A stretch of DNA of 64,000 nucleotides, taken from IMG/VR virus record IMGVR_UViG_3300028030_000009, positions 1 through 64,000 of that record; one strand, written 5' to 3'. The notes below the pieces were generated by a model that was given only the letters and a program-made list of their open reading frames with translations, ran no database searches and had not been told where the DNA came from. The translations under genes and the position numbers were made by a program. This document shows, one piece after another, positions 47,613 to 57,063 of this stretch; the stretch's first letter is position 1, and each line of letters starts with the position of its first letter. The stretch comes from a virus.

Positions 47613-48740
47613 TTACCATCCGACACCAAAAGGCCCTGACTTTGCAAGTTCTGCCAATCCTTTGATGTCGTCATCTATTGATTTTTCGAGGTCACTAATA
47701 GACCCTGCATCTCCTGCTTCCGAGCTTTTAGGCTCACCTGTTTTGTAGAATGGGTCAAACTTGATAACCTTTAAGCCCAAATCTTTTGCAGCATCCATCA
47801 CAGCTTTTCTTACATCGTCAAGCGGCAACGAATGGCATCCGATTTTCAGCTTTCTGCTGCTAAAGCCTCCGTATACATACCCTCCAATATTGGCGCCTGG
47901 CTTAATCTTTCCGAGGCCTATTGCGTTGTATGCCATTACAGCTGTATCTGCCTTGACATAAAGTCCGCTCGTTGCCTCTATCTTCCCATTCCTGTATCTT
48001 ACACGCTTCTCTTCCATGACATCGGTATAGAGTTTTACGTCTTCTCCATTGAGCCATTTCTGAAGATATTTCTTGTTGTGCTCACGCTTCTTTTTGCTTG
48101 ATGTGCTTGCTGCAAGATATCTATCTTCTGGAAATTGAGACTTTATTTTTTCTATGAATTCTTTTGATGCCTCTGTTATGCTTGTTCCCATCTCTTTCTT
48201 GAAGAAAGACTTGAACCGCCTGCATTCTTTATGCCTTCCAAGCTTGAAATATTTAAAATAGTATGCGCTCTCAAGCAGCGTGTCTTCTGCTAGTCTTTTC
48301 CAGCGTGTAAAAGAACTGTTTTTCCTTGCACGCAACGCCTTCAGAGCATATTTGTTGTATTTTTTCTTGAACCACTCAATATTCTTGCAATGCGTACTTA
48401 GCGGCCAGTCATCATCGTGGAAGTCTAGCTCAATGACATGCATTACTGGCAGGTGTGACGCAGCAGACTCAACAGCCCATTTGTGTTTCTTTGTAGTGTT
48501 TGAGTAGTCAATATCGGTTATGAAAACGGCTGGTCCGTGTTTCTTCTTCATGGGCTCCATCATTACCGCAATCGGTGTGTTGTATGAGCTCACATAATTT
48601 CCAGTTACGCTCATTCTGCCTCCAGCAGTTGACCTGAACCCATAATTGTAAATCCACCAGTGCGCTAGCCCACTGTAGTCATACGAGCCGACTCCTATGT
48701 TTTTGTTTTCTCTTTCTTTTATGCTCATGCATTGCTCCAT
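47613..48740 (-). CDS. hypothetical basic protein
   Basis: 375 aa; SYNTPIA...YSNTTKKH...KIGCH. Confidence 0.75.
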   Translation of the reverse strand: MEQCMSIKERENKNIGVGSYDYSGLAHWWIYNYGFRSTAGGRMSVTGNYVSSYNTPIAVMMEPMKKKHGPAVFITDIDYSNTTKKHKWAVESAASHLPVMHVIELDFHDDDWPLSTHCKNIEWFKKKYNKYALKALRARKNSSFTRWKRLAEDTLLESAYYFKYFKLGRHKECRRFKSFFKKEMGTSITEASKEFIEKIKSQFPEDRYLAASTSSKKKREHNKKYLQKWLNGEDVKLYTDVMEEKRVRYRNGKIEATSGLYVKADTAVMAYNAIGLGKIKPGANIGGYVYGGFSSRKLKIGCHSLPLDDVRKAVMDAAKDLGLKVIKFDPFYKTGEPKSSEAGDAGSISDLEKSIDDDIKGLAELAKSGPFGVGW

Positions 48741-48965
48741 TTAGTTGATTTCAACATAGTCAATATCTGCAGACTTTAACTGCTCCATAGTCTTGACATC
48801 TTCTTCGTCCCCGTATACCTTAACCATGGCTTCTAGCCCATTGTCAACAACGAACTGCGCTCCATAATCAGACGGGTTTACCATTGATGGCTCAAGCTCT
48901 TCGGCAATCTTTTCTTTTAGTCGCTGTGAAAATGGCGGTTCATATGCAACTTTGAAAATTGTCAT
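48741..48965 (-). CDS. hypothetical protein
   Basis: 74 aa ORF. Confidence 0.55.
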   Translation of the reverse strand: MTIFKVAYEPPFSQRLKEKIAEELEPSMVNPSDYGAQFVVDNGLEAMVKVYGDEEDVKTMEQLKSADIDYVEIN

Positions 48966-48966
48966 G

Positions 48967-49620
48967 TCACCCTCCTATTTTTTTTAGTTCGCTGATAATG
49001 TCTTTCCCCGTTCTTCTTCTGCAAACAAGTCGTGCATAGTTTGCGAGGTCGAGCCATGTATCAGTGTTTGCTGTGCTGGTGTCCGTGACACTTCTTGTAA
49101 CCTTAAGCATAAGTATTGTGTATTCAGTAACCTGCTTGCTGGTGAGACCAACACCGTGAGTCTTCGTCTTAAGCTCATCCAGCACGTCAACAATTGCAGA
49201 AATTGCATCAACCTGGTCCTCAAATTTTCCATAGATTTTCTCTTTATTTTCAATCAAATCATCAATTTTGTTCTCGTCATCATCCTCAGCCTCGTAGCAT
49301 TCTGTTGCAACAATGTCCAGCTTTTTTCGCTCGCGCTCCTCCACCATTTCAAGGCTAAGCCCATCTCTGTCAACTACATATTTTCCAAATACTCCTGGTT
49401 CATCTGCCAGGTATACAACAATCAAAGCCGAATCATTTCCGGCTCCGCTTTCGTTAAACTCCCCGGCCTCAACAGCAACCATTTCTTTGAACTCGTTTTT
49501 TGCCCTTGCTGCAGCCATGTCACACGAGCAGGCAGATACAAATGTCTCGTAATACAAAGGTGTGCCGTTGATTCCCATTGCGACAAAAAATGTCTTTTCA
49601 CTCATCATCTTCCTCCTCAA
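48967..49620 (-). CDS. two-domain protein with C-terminal DUF6378-like domain
   Basis: YGKFED...LMLKVTR...DTWLDLANYARL. Confidence 0.6.
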   Translation of the reverse strand: MRRKMMSEKTFFVAMGINGTPLYYETFVSACSCDMAAARAKNEFKEMVAVEAGEFNESGAGNDSALIVVYLADEPGVFGKYVVDRDGLSLEMVEERERKKLDIVATECYEAEDDDENKIDDLIENKEKIYGKFEDQVDAISAIVDVLDELKTKTHGVGLTSKQVTEYTILMLKVTRSVTDTSTANTDTWLDLANYARLVCRRRTGKDIISELKKIGG

Positions 49621-49801
49621 CGCTTAGTGCGCATGTGCTTATGTTCATAGAAACAATATCTTCTGCCTCAACCTCTGCTTCATCTTTGTTCTCTGCTATA
49701 ACCTCTACAGGAACAACGAACGACGCATCTCTAAATCTGATTTCAACATCAACGTTAAACGTTTTCACTCTTATACTCCCATCTTCCAACTTTTTTTGCA
49801 C
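49598..49801 (-). CDS. DpnD/PcfM-like small protein
   Basis: VEVIAENKDEAEVEA. Confidence 0.5.
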   Translation of the reverse strand: MQKKLEDGSIRVKTFNVDVEIRFRDASFVVPVEVIAENKDEAEVEAEDIVSMNISTCALSVEEEDDE

Positions 49802-49946
49802 TACTAGGCCTAACCCTGATATTCTTCTTTACAAGCTTCTTTGCAAGCTTCTTTGCTTCTTCCTCACTCTCAGCAGCAATATCAACAATTACAACCATCA
49901 AGTTAGTCTCAGTAGAGACAACCACATCAACCTTGTACTGATTCAT
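49755..49946 (-). CDS. DpnD/PcfM-like small protein
   Basis: YKVDV...VDIAAESEEEAKKLA. Confidence 0.55.
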   Translation of the reverse strand: MNQYKVDVVVSTETNLMVVIVDIAAESEEEAKKLAKKLVKKNIRVRPSSAKKVGRWEYKSENV

Positions 49947-50212
49947 TGATTTTCCTCCTTGAACTCTTCATTGTAATGTTCCATATAGAGATTTTGTGCA
50001 GCGGAAAGTATTTCGTCCTTTCCGTCTTCGTCAATATTTCCAAATATGTCAAGCACAATGTCTGCTGCAGTTGTTTCATCATGTATTTTTCTTACTTCAT
50101 CTGCAGCCGCCTCAAGCAAATCTGTCCACGGTAACGAGACCATTATTGTTAGCAGTTTTTCTGACTTACTCATCACTTCTCCTTTAAGATATTTGACATA
50201 CACCACGCGCAC
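49943..50212 (-). CDS. hypothetical protein
   Basis: ORF in array; start likely MSKSEK. Confidence 0.55.
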   Translation of the reverse strand: MRVVYVKYLKGEVMSKSEKLLTIMVSLPWTDLLEAAADEVRKIHDETTAADIVLDIFGNIDEDGKDEILSAAQNLYMEHYNEEFKEENQ

Positions 50213-50661
50213 ACAAATGATTCCGACAGTGGGTCCATTTTTTCTTTGGCTTTTCCGCTGCCTATAAGCTCAAGCTCGTCAATCCTATCTTGTGTGAGCT
50301 TTCTGTCTGAAATGGCACCACAGTTTGAGCATACAACACCAACGATGCCACCATCTCTATAAGCAATTCTTGCCGTATAGCTTGTTGCATTTGCGGCTCC
50401 ATAGTCCCTTGAAGAGAACAAGTCGCTCTTCATACCTCTTTTTATCGCCATCTTTTTTATAAACATTAAGTGGCGAAGGAAGTCTTTCGGCTCAATATCT
50501 CTTATGCTAACTGGTTCACCACTCACATCAGTTGGGAAGTCTGGGTCTATTTTTTTCACATAAGAGCTGAACTCTTTTTGCTTTACCCACGGGTATTGCT
50601 CGGTTCTTATCTCTTCTAGAAGCTTCCTGTAGAATTTGTTTTGCTTTTCAGTTATCTTCAC
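50173..50661 (-). CDS. hypothetical protein with C-terminal CxxC pairs
   Basis: CSNCG...CAWC. Confidence 0.65.
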   Translation of the reverse strand: MKITEKQNKFYRKLLEEIRTEQYPWVKQKEFSSYVKKIDPDFPTDVSGEPVSIRDIEPKDFLRHLMFIKKMAIKRGMKSDLFSSRDYGAANATSYTARIAYRDGGIVGVVCSNCGAISDRKLTQDRIDELELIGSGKAKEKMDPLSESFVCAWCMSNILKEK

Positions 50662-51362
50662 TGCACATCTACCTCCTCTTCAACAACAATTTTCACAGAG
50701 TAGTTGTTTGCGAGCTTCAGTACCCCGATTCTTTTTAGTTCACTAACAATAGCTTCACCAACCTCCATATCGCTTGCTTCTATCACGAATCTCTTTTTTT
50801 CTGTTGTGTTTTCATCAATAATCTTCTTGATGACAACCTCAATTGGTTCTTCAACCAACTCTTTTACGATAAGGTTGCCGTTGTGCGCAATAATCACACC
50901 GACGTCATCGGGGTCTTCCCCGTGCCAGACGATGTTGCCATCAACAAGCTTCCCGCCATATTTTTCAATGATTTTTTTAATGTAAAACATCCATTCTACA
51001 TAGTTGTAGAACTTTTCACCTCCTGTCCATGAAATGTATGCAACCTTGTCGTCATAGTCGTCTGGCTGCAATTGCCAATCAAGCCACAAGCTTGGCTGTG
51101 TGCTTGGCGGGCTGTTGTAGTCCACGACACTTTCGTCTGTTGTTTGGCCGAAGTTGTCCAAATCGTCTTCGTTGAAGTAGAATTCGCCTTCAACTCCATA
51201 TTCATCAATTGGCTTGTCAAGCCTATCTTTGATTCTTGCAAGATTCCTTTTCACTCTACGCGTCTGCGATAGTCCGTTTATAATCCTTACGGCCTCGTCT
51301 CTTCCACTTTTGTCTTTAAATACGACTTCGATTTCGCCGCTAAAATCAGTAGTGTAGCCCAT
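50658..51362 (-). CDS. conserved-type phage protein (MGYTTDF)
   Basis: MGYTTDFSG...QPSLWLDW...GGEKFYNYVEWM...WHGEDPDD. Confidence 0.75.
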   Translation of the reverse strand: MGYTTDFSGEIEVVFKDKSGRDEAVRIINGLSQTRRVKRNLARIKDRLDKPIDEYGVEGEFYFNEDDLDNFGQTTDESVVDYNSPPSTQPSLWLDWQLQPDDYDDKVAYISWTGGEKFYNYVEWMFYIKKIIEKYGGKLVDGNIVWHGEDPDDVGVIIAHNGNLIVKELVEEPIEVVIKKIIDENTTEKKRFVIEASDMEVGEAIVSELKRIGVLKLANNYSVKIVVEEEVDVQ

Positions 51363-51363
51363 G

Positions 51364-51585
51364 TCATTCTCCTTTTTTTGGTTCATAAACAAGTTTTGCA
51401 GAATTATCCAAAAGAAGCCCGTCTTTATCTTGGCTTTCTGGCCATTCGTACAAAACATAGTCTCCGTCTTCATCTGGAATAGCCCAGGTTGAGTTTGGTG
51501 CGTCCATAATGAAAATTGCACCATCTTCATCCATAATATCTTGGCTGTCAGGCCATTGAAGAACAGTGTATCTTTCTCCTGTCAT
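51364..51585 (-). CDS. hypothetical protein with internal WP(D/E)SQD repeat
   Basis: QWPDSQD and EWPESQD. Confidence 0.6.
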   Translation of the reverse strand: MTGERYTVLQWPDSQDIMDEDGAIFIMDAPNSTWAIPDEDGDYVLYEWPESQDKDGLLLDNSAKLVYEPKKGE

Positions 51586-51700
51586 CGCTTAACTTCCTTT
51601 CTATTGTTATGTGCGGCGCCTTTTTTAGGCGCCTTTCATGTTATTTGAAATTATTTGTAGCTGAGGTGTGCTGTTGAGGTATTTGCTATAGAAGGTACTA

Positions 51701-51721
51701 CTGTGCCCATCACGGGCACAG
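51701..51721 (-). terminator. hairpin downstream of thyX
   Basis: CTGTGCCC-ATCAC-GGGCACAG immediately after the stop; second hairpin GGCGCCT/AGGCGCC at 51615-51633. Confidence 0.45.
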
Positions 51722-51723
51722 CG

Positions 51724-52599
51724 TCACAAGTGCTTATCTGTTAGTGTTTTCATAGCTTTCGCAATCTCACGTATTTCATCCTGAGCTTTCGACTCAGTCC
51801 TTAATGAATAGAAATTGCTTAGCGACTCAAGGTTCCTTGCCGACCAGACTTCTGTCTTTAACCCAATCGGAAGCACCCTTCTTGCGTCCTGAGCCTTTAC
51901 TCCATTCTTAAGCAGCTCGTTGTACATTTCGATTGAAATATCAACTACATCTTGAGCGCTTAGCTCTCTGTCTCCTACCACAATCTTTGCGCCTGAGTGC
52001 TCAATGCTGGAGTCCAGATATACTTCTACCGGGACTTTTTTCCCTGTGGTATATCTGCGCGACAATTCCTGCCACGAGTCGCGGTGCCTCATATACTGAC
52101 GAGCAGTTGCTATATCAAGCTTATGTTTCGTCACAACGAAATTCTTCCTGATGATGCTTTGCTCTGTGCTTGTTTTATTGAATGCACCGTTTATCCACTT
52201 TTCTTTATCTGCGCCTGACATTTCAATGTCATACAGAAGCGCACGATAGTTTGTCAGGATATATTCATCCTGTCCATCCTTGATTAGCGTCCCGTACTTC
52301 ATGAAATGAGGAATTGCACCCTCACTGACAAGTTCGTCAAAGGGGCACAGCTCTGAGTTGAGTTTCAATAAAACCGGTACGAACTCAAAAGAGCTAGAAG
52401 GGAGCCCTATTGATTCAGCAGCAAGTTTGTTGTACAGCTTGTCGCTGCCTATTGCCTTGTTGCTACCGAAGCATATCGATGCAACTGCTGTGACGGCCTC
52501 AACTCTTGCTTCATGTGACTCATTTGCCCTTGAGAAGTCCCATAGCTCAACATAGCCTCCTGGCGTGTCTGCTCTTTCGATAAGCTTAATCACATTCAT
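51724..52599 (-). CDS. thyX: flavin-dependent thymidylate synthase
   Basis: RQYMRHRDSWQELSRRY, AQDARRVLP, LRTESKAQDEIR. Confidence 0.9.
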   Translation of the reverse strand: MNVIKLIERADTPGGYVELWDFSRANESHEARVEAVTAVASICFGSNKAIGSDKLYNKLAAESIGLPSSSFEFVPVLLKLNSELCPFDELVSEGAIPHFMKYGTLIKDGQDEYILTNYRALLYDIEMSGADKEKWINGAFNKTSTEQSIIRKNFVVTKHKLDIATARQYMRHRDSWQELSRRYTTGKKVPVEVYLDSSIEHSGAKIVVGDRELSAQDVVDISIEMYNELLKNGVKAQDARRVLPIGLKTEVWSARNLESLSNFYSLRTESKAQDEIREIAKAMKTLTDKHL

Positions 52600-53017
52600 C
52601 TTGTTTGTCCTTGTCGTCATAGCCAAGCTCTTCGCGGAAGAATCGCAATGCACTCTCTTCGCTTACTCCGCAATTCATGAACTCATTGAACCATTTGTCA
52701 TCAAAAAAGCTATCTAGATAGTTTGTATAGATGTCTGGCGAATAGCTAAAAATCTCGCCTTCTATATCAATGCCTTTGACGTCCGCAATGGCAGCAAGCT
52801 TCTCTTTGATGTCGGCCTCGATAATACTAAAAGCAGAATGCACGTATGAATTGAAGTCGAGATATACTTCTGGGCTATCTTCTTTACTTCCGCACGAGCT
52901 CTCAATCTCGTCAATGACATCATCTGGTAAAATGTCATTATCCTTCATGAGATTAGCCAGGAACTCGTAGTCCATAGAACCACATCCTGTAATTAGCTGA
53001 AAAAACTCACTTCCCAT
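52586..53017 (-). CDS. hypothetical acidic protein
   Basis: IYTNYLDS motif. Confidence 0.65.
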   Translation of the reverse strand: MGSEFFQLITGCGSMDYEFLANLMKDNDILPDDVIDEIESSCGSKEDSPEVYLDFNSYVHSAFSIIEADIKEKLAAIADVKGIDIEGEIFSYSPDIYTNYLDSFFDDKWFNEFMNCGVSEESALRFFREELGYDDKDKQDECD

Positions 53018-53139
53018 ATTTCCTCCTTGATTGCAGCACCTGCGCTGCCTTTTTTACATCTACAGAATTTTTTTCAGCACACTTGAAATACCTCTTTGCA
53101 ATCTCAACAGCAAGTGTGGTTGCAAAGACAATTGCTACC

Positions 53140-53361
53140 TCAGCTACTTCCTTCTTCATCTTTAAGCACCTCCCTAACAACAGTACATGCCCTTCCGACA
53201 TATACTGTTCCATATTTTTCTTCGTCGCTTCTTAGCGCGACAGTTTTTCCATCTTTTTCAACCTTTACGGTTATTCCGTCGTTGTCTGCAGCCATAATCA
53301 CAACAGCGTACCCTTTGTGTACAAGCGCAACAATTGAATCCATGCAACTGTTTGGTGTCAT
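53140..53361 (-). CDS. hypothetical protein
   Basis: 73 aa, ATGA overlap with dnaG. Confidence 0.5.
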   Translation of the reverse strand: MTPNSCMDSIVALVHKGYAVVIMAADNDGITVKVEKDGKTVALRSDEEKYGTVYVGRACTVVREVLKDEEGSS

Positions 53362-54965
53362 GCATCTCCTTTCATTTTCTGCTTCATCTCGTCTATTTTG
53401 ACCTGAGCCTCTCTTGTTTTCCTGACCTTTTCCTCAAAGCTCATTGTCTTGCTGCTTCTTACAGCTGCTATGTACCTAGTAAGGCAGGCTATTTTGATTG
53501 ACATCAGGTCATGCACAAAATCCTTCGACCTACCGATTGTCTCATCTAGATAAATTTCTGTCAAAGATTCGTCATCTAGTTCCTCCTTTGCAAGTTTTTC
53601 GATTTCTTCTTTTAGCCTAAAGCACTTTCGTGCTTCATACAGAAGCGCTCTTTTCTCCTCAGAGTCCATTGCTGCCTTGATTAGCTCTTTCTCTCTGAGC
53701 AGAATGCTGCCTGAGTGACGTCCTCTGTCTTTGCTTTTTGACTCAACCTTTCTTACAACACCAAGAATTTTTGTTGCATATTCAAGCATTGATTGCCTGA
53801 CTACAGCATGCATCCTTGATGCTTCTTTCAGGATTGCGTCGTAAGCTTTTTGTTTTTGGAATGGGTCAGATGTGTCGTACTCAGAAGCAATTGAATTTAC
53901 ACAAAACTCAACAGCTGGCACGCCCATCCCTAGCTTGGTCCTTAGTTCGTCTATTCTGCCTTCTGCAATTATGTCCGCTGGGTCTTCTCCATAATCAAAC
54001 GTGACAATCTTTGTGCTGATTGCCCGCTCGCTGAACATGCATGCTGCCTTTAGTGCAGCTCTAACGCCTGCACTGTCTCCATCGTATGCTATTGTCCCGG
54101 AGATTGCATGCCGTCCTATTAGCTTCACATGCTCTTCAGTAAGCGATGTGCCCATGCTGGCGAAAGCGTTCTCAAAACCAGCCTGATGCATCAATACAAC
54201 ATCCATCTGTCCTTCACACAGCAAAAAAGACTTTGTTTTTGCAACGTTGGTTTTTGCTATGTTGAAGCCGTAAAGAAGTTTGGATTTTTTGAAAATCGGC
54301 GTGTCTGGAGTATTTACATACTTAGCAGGATGGTTTGAAAATGTTCTTCCGCTAAAGCCGCAGAGCTTGCCTGTATGGTCACGGACAGGGAACATTATCC
54401 TGTCAATAAACCTGGCGTAAAGCCCTCTACTTCCCTCGTCAATAATTCCTAGGACTTTGGCTTCCTCCGCATTAAGGTTTTCTAATACAAATCTGACAGT
54501 CTCTCTGCTTGCTGGAGCAAAACCTATTTCAAATTTCTCTATTGAGCTGCGACTTACTCCCCTATCCGTCAGATACGCTATAACGTCTTTTCTTTTTTTT
54601 AGGTTTAGGATGCACCACTCATTGTACTCTTCAAGTGCCGATGAAGAATATTTCTTTTGCGATTGGTAGTTTTTTTCATATTCTACCTCTATGCCGAACA
54701 TCTCACAGAGCTTCTCAACTGCCTCAGCAAAAGACAGGCGCTCCATGTCCATCACAAGCTTTATCGCATCTCCACCAACACCAGCGCTGAAATCGTGCCA
54801 GATATTTTTTTGTTCAGAGACAACAAAACTAGGAGTCTTCTCTTCGTTGAACGGAGAGAAACCCTTGTATACGGACCCTGCTTTTTTCAGGTCTCTTACA
54901 TACAGCTCTGCGACATCTAGTACCGGCAGCGACCTTACGGATTCGAGTGTTCGTTCTGAGAACAT
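53358..54965 (-). CDS. dnaG: DnaG-type DNA primase
   Basis: EKTPSF, RFIDRIMFP, KYVNTPDT, CEGQMDV, YDGDSAG, EDPAD (TOPRIM). Confidence 0.95.
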   Translation of the reverse strand: MFSERTLESVRSLPVLDVAELYVRDLKKAGSVYKGFSPFNEEKTPSFVVSEQKNIWHDFSAGVGGDAIKLVMDMERLSFAEAVEKLCEMFGIEVEYEKNYQSQKKYSSSALEEYNEWCILNLKKRKDVIAYLTDRGVSRSSIEKFEIGFAPASRETVRFVLENLNAEEAKVLGIIDEGSRGLYARFIDRIMFPVRDHTGKLCGFSGRTFSNHPAKYVNTPDTPIFKKSKLLYGFNIAKTNVAKTKSFLLCEGQMDVVLMHQAGFENAFASMGTSLTEEHVKLIGRHAISGTIAYDGDSAGVRAALKAACMFSERAISTKIVTFDYGEDPADIIAEGRIDELRTKLGMGVPAVEFCVNSIASEYDTSDPFQKQKAYDAILKEASRMHAVVRQSMLEYATKILGVVRKVESKSKDRGRHSGSILLREKELIKAAMDSEEKRALLYEARKCFRLKEEIEKLAKEELDDESLTEIYLDETIGRSKDFVHDLMSIKIACLTRYIAAVRSSKTMSFEEKVRKTREAQVKIDEMKQKMKGDA

Positions 54966-55162
54966 GCGTCTTCTCCTTCCGGCAGAACACTCTCTATCTC
55001 TTCACCAAGCTCGGCTACATCAGTAACCTCAACTATATTGGATTCGAGAACGTCACCAGAAAGCGCCTTGGCCACAGCTTCTTCTGAGTTTGACGCCAAA
55101 ACTATGACCTCCTCGATTGATAGAGTCAGCATGTTTCTGGCGACAACAACTTTGTATCTCAT
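54935..55162 (-). CDS. DpnD/PcfM-like small protein
   Basis: MRYKVVV...VIVLASNSEEAVAKA. Confidence 0.5.
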   Translation of the reverse strand: MRYKVVVARNMLTLSIEEVIVLASNSEEAVAKALSGDVLESNIVEVTDVAELGEEIESVLPEGEDACSQNEHSNP

Positions 55163-55190
55163 GTTGCCCTCCTACAACTGGAGGCTATGG

Positions 55191-55562
55191 TTAGAACTTT
55201 CTTCTAAATCCGTCGGCTACGACTGTCTTGCCTCCACTTTTAATCTGGTTTGCGACAGCCACGACGTCTTTCCTCGTGTTATTTAGTGCGTTTAGCACCT
55301 GAGCTGATACGACATATAGTGTGTTTTTCTCTGGAGCAGGAAGCCCAAAAACATCACCGTATGTGTCACGGAATATGTTGAATTCACCAAAAGACTCTAC
55401 ATCTTTTCCTGTCTTCTCAACCCTCGCAACAATCCCACTTTGTGGAATCCTGACTGTCTTTGGGATATCGCCGGATGTTAACACATATATGTCATGGTTA
55501 CATAGGTTTACAACCTTCTTACCGTTCGATTCGTACGCTTTGACATCAACGTCCATAATCAT
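55191..55562 (-). CDS. conserved-type phage protein
   Basis: VNLCNHDI...SGIVARV...GLPAPEKNTLYVVS. Confidence 0.7.
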   Translation of the reverse strand: MIMDVDVKAYESNGKKVVNLCNHDIYVLTSGDIPKTVRIPQSGIVARVEKTGKDVESFGEFNIFRDTYGDVFGLPAPEKNTLYVVSAQVLNALNNTRKDVVAVANQIKSGGKTVVADGFRRKF

Positions 55563-55930
55563 ACCTCCGTAACAACTCGCTCGATATCGTCCCGCTCCTC
55601 AACAATCTTTATATTCTCTGGTGTTGGTTTCATTGAAATAATGACACCGTCACCATTTTTTTTGATTGCAAAAATCTTGCCTTCTTTCCTTGTGGCTTCG
55701 AAGTTATCTTTTAGCCACTTTGAGTACACCTCCTTATATGCCTCTTCGTTGATTATATCCCGAAGTGCATCCATCCCAATTTCCTCTGCAGCTTTTCTTG
55801 ATGTTTCGGTAACAAGCTCAACAACAAGCTCGTCGCCGTCAACTCTAAAGCTACCACATTTCCTGTTTTTATATCTGATGTCTCCGCTGTAATTTTCGAC
55901 ATCAACATTTGCAACTGTAAAATCACTCAT
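55559..55930 (-). CDS. hypothetical protein
   Basis: MSDFTVAN start with AGGGGG RBS. Confidence 0.6.
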   Translation of the reverse strand: MSDFTVANVDVENYSGDIRYKNRKCGSFRVDGDELVVELVTETSRKAAEEIGMDALRDIINEEAYKEVYSKWLKDNFEATRKEGKIFAIKKNGDGVIISMKPTPENIKIVEERDDIERVVTEV

Positions 55931-55996
55931 GTATACCCCCTTTGTTTTTGTGTGTGTTTTGCGGCACAAAACGGTATGTGCCGCCAAGTAAATATC

Positions 55997-57046
55997 CTAC
56001 AGATACCCCTCTGTTGACAGTGTTGTGTGAGAGTAAGCCTTCGGCCTATCTTCAAAAAAGTTTGTCCGCGTGTCGTTTGGCTTGTCGTACTTCTTCTCAT
56101 ACGCAAGCAGTGGACTAACTGGCTTGTTATACATTGGCTCAAACCCAAGCCCTACAAGCATCTCATCACCCTTCCCGCAAATATACCGACCAACTGTTTC
56201 TCGATTGATTTCAGGGAACTCTTCTCCAGTGACAGCGAGAGCCCATTCAATCTCAAGGTTTACAGCACCATCAATCAGCTCTCTTGCCATCTGTTCGACA
56301 ACCTTGATGTCGATGCCAGGATAAGCTTTTAGCGTGCTGGTGAGCATTTGGCGAAACAGTAGTACGTGAGTGCGCTCGTCACGTGCAATGTATGAAATCA
56401 TGCTTGCGGAGCCCTTCATCTTGTGGCCAAGCCACCAGAAGAAGATGAATCCTCCATAGAACATAATGTTCTCAAGAACATTGTTTGCAAGCATAGCCTT
56501 TACGATTGCTCTCATTGGAACGCCTTCATCGTTATATCTCAACTCTGAATACATTTTGTCAAGAAACGCGTCTCGCTCTCTAAGCATGGCATCTGTTTTG
56601 TATAGGTCATAAATCTTGTCTCTATTCGGAGAAACATCTTTGACCATTACGTCATAGCTCTTGCTGTGCAGAGCCTCCTCGTATGTTTGCCTTGCAAGAC
56701 ACGCCTTGATTGCACCGTCTGTAATCCACGGCATCATATTTGACGCTAGGTTCGACGTTTGCGCTGAATCATTGAAGATAAGGCCAGCCAGAACTCGGTC
56801 ATATGCAGAACGCTCGATATCTGATAGCTCCATATACACTTTTCTGTCGCCAGTCATATCAACATCTTCTGGGAACCATGTGTTCCCAAGCATCACGTTA
56901 AACAGCCTGTCTGCCCACTGGTATGGACTACCAGTAAAGTCGATGATTCCATCTACATCGCTTCCGACTGGCGCCGCATTTGTCCTGTGCACCTCTGGCT
57001 CAGGATTGAACAACTTTGCTGGTTTTACAATCGAATCCAAATTCAT
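55997..57046 (-). CDS. nrdB: class Ia ribonucleotide reductase beta subunit
   Basis: WFPED, FNDSAQ, EEALHSKSY, LENIMFYGGF, DERTH, NFFE. Confidence 0.95.
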   Translation of the reverse strand: MNLDSIVKPAKLFNPEPEVHRTNAAPVGSDVDGIIDFTGSPYQWADRLFNVMLGNTWFPEDVDMTGDRKVYMELSDIERSAYDRVLAGLIFNDSAQTSNLASNMMPWITDGAIKACLARQTYEEALHSKSYDVMVKDVSPNRDKIYDLYKTDAMLRERDAFLDKMYSELRYNDEGVPMRAIVKAMLANNVLENIMFYGGFIFFWWLGHKMKGSASMISYIARDERTHVLLFRQMLTSTLKAYPGIDIKVVEQMARELIDGAVNLEIEWALAVTGEEFPEINRETVGRYICGKGDEMLVGLGFEPMYNKPVSPLLAYEKKYDKPNDTRTNFFEDRPKAYSHTTLSTEGYL

Positions 57047-57063
57047 ACGCCATCCTCCTTTTC

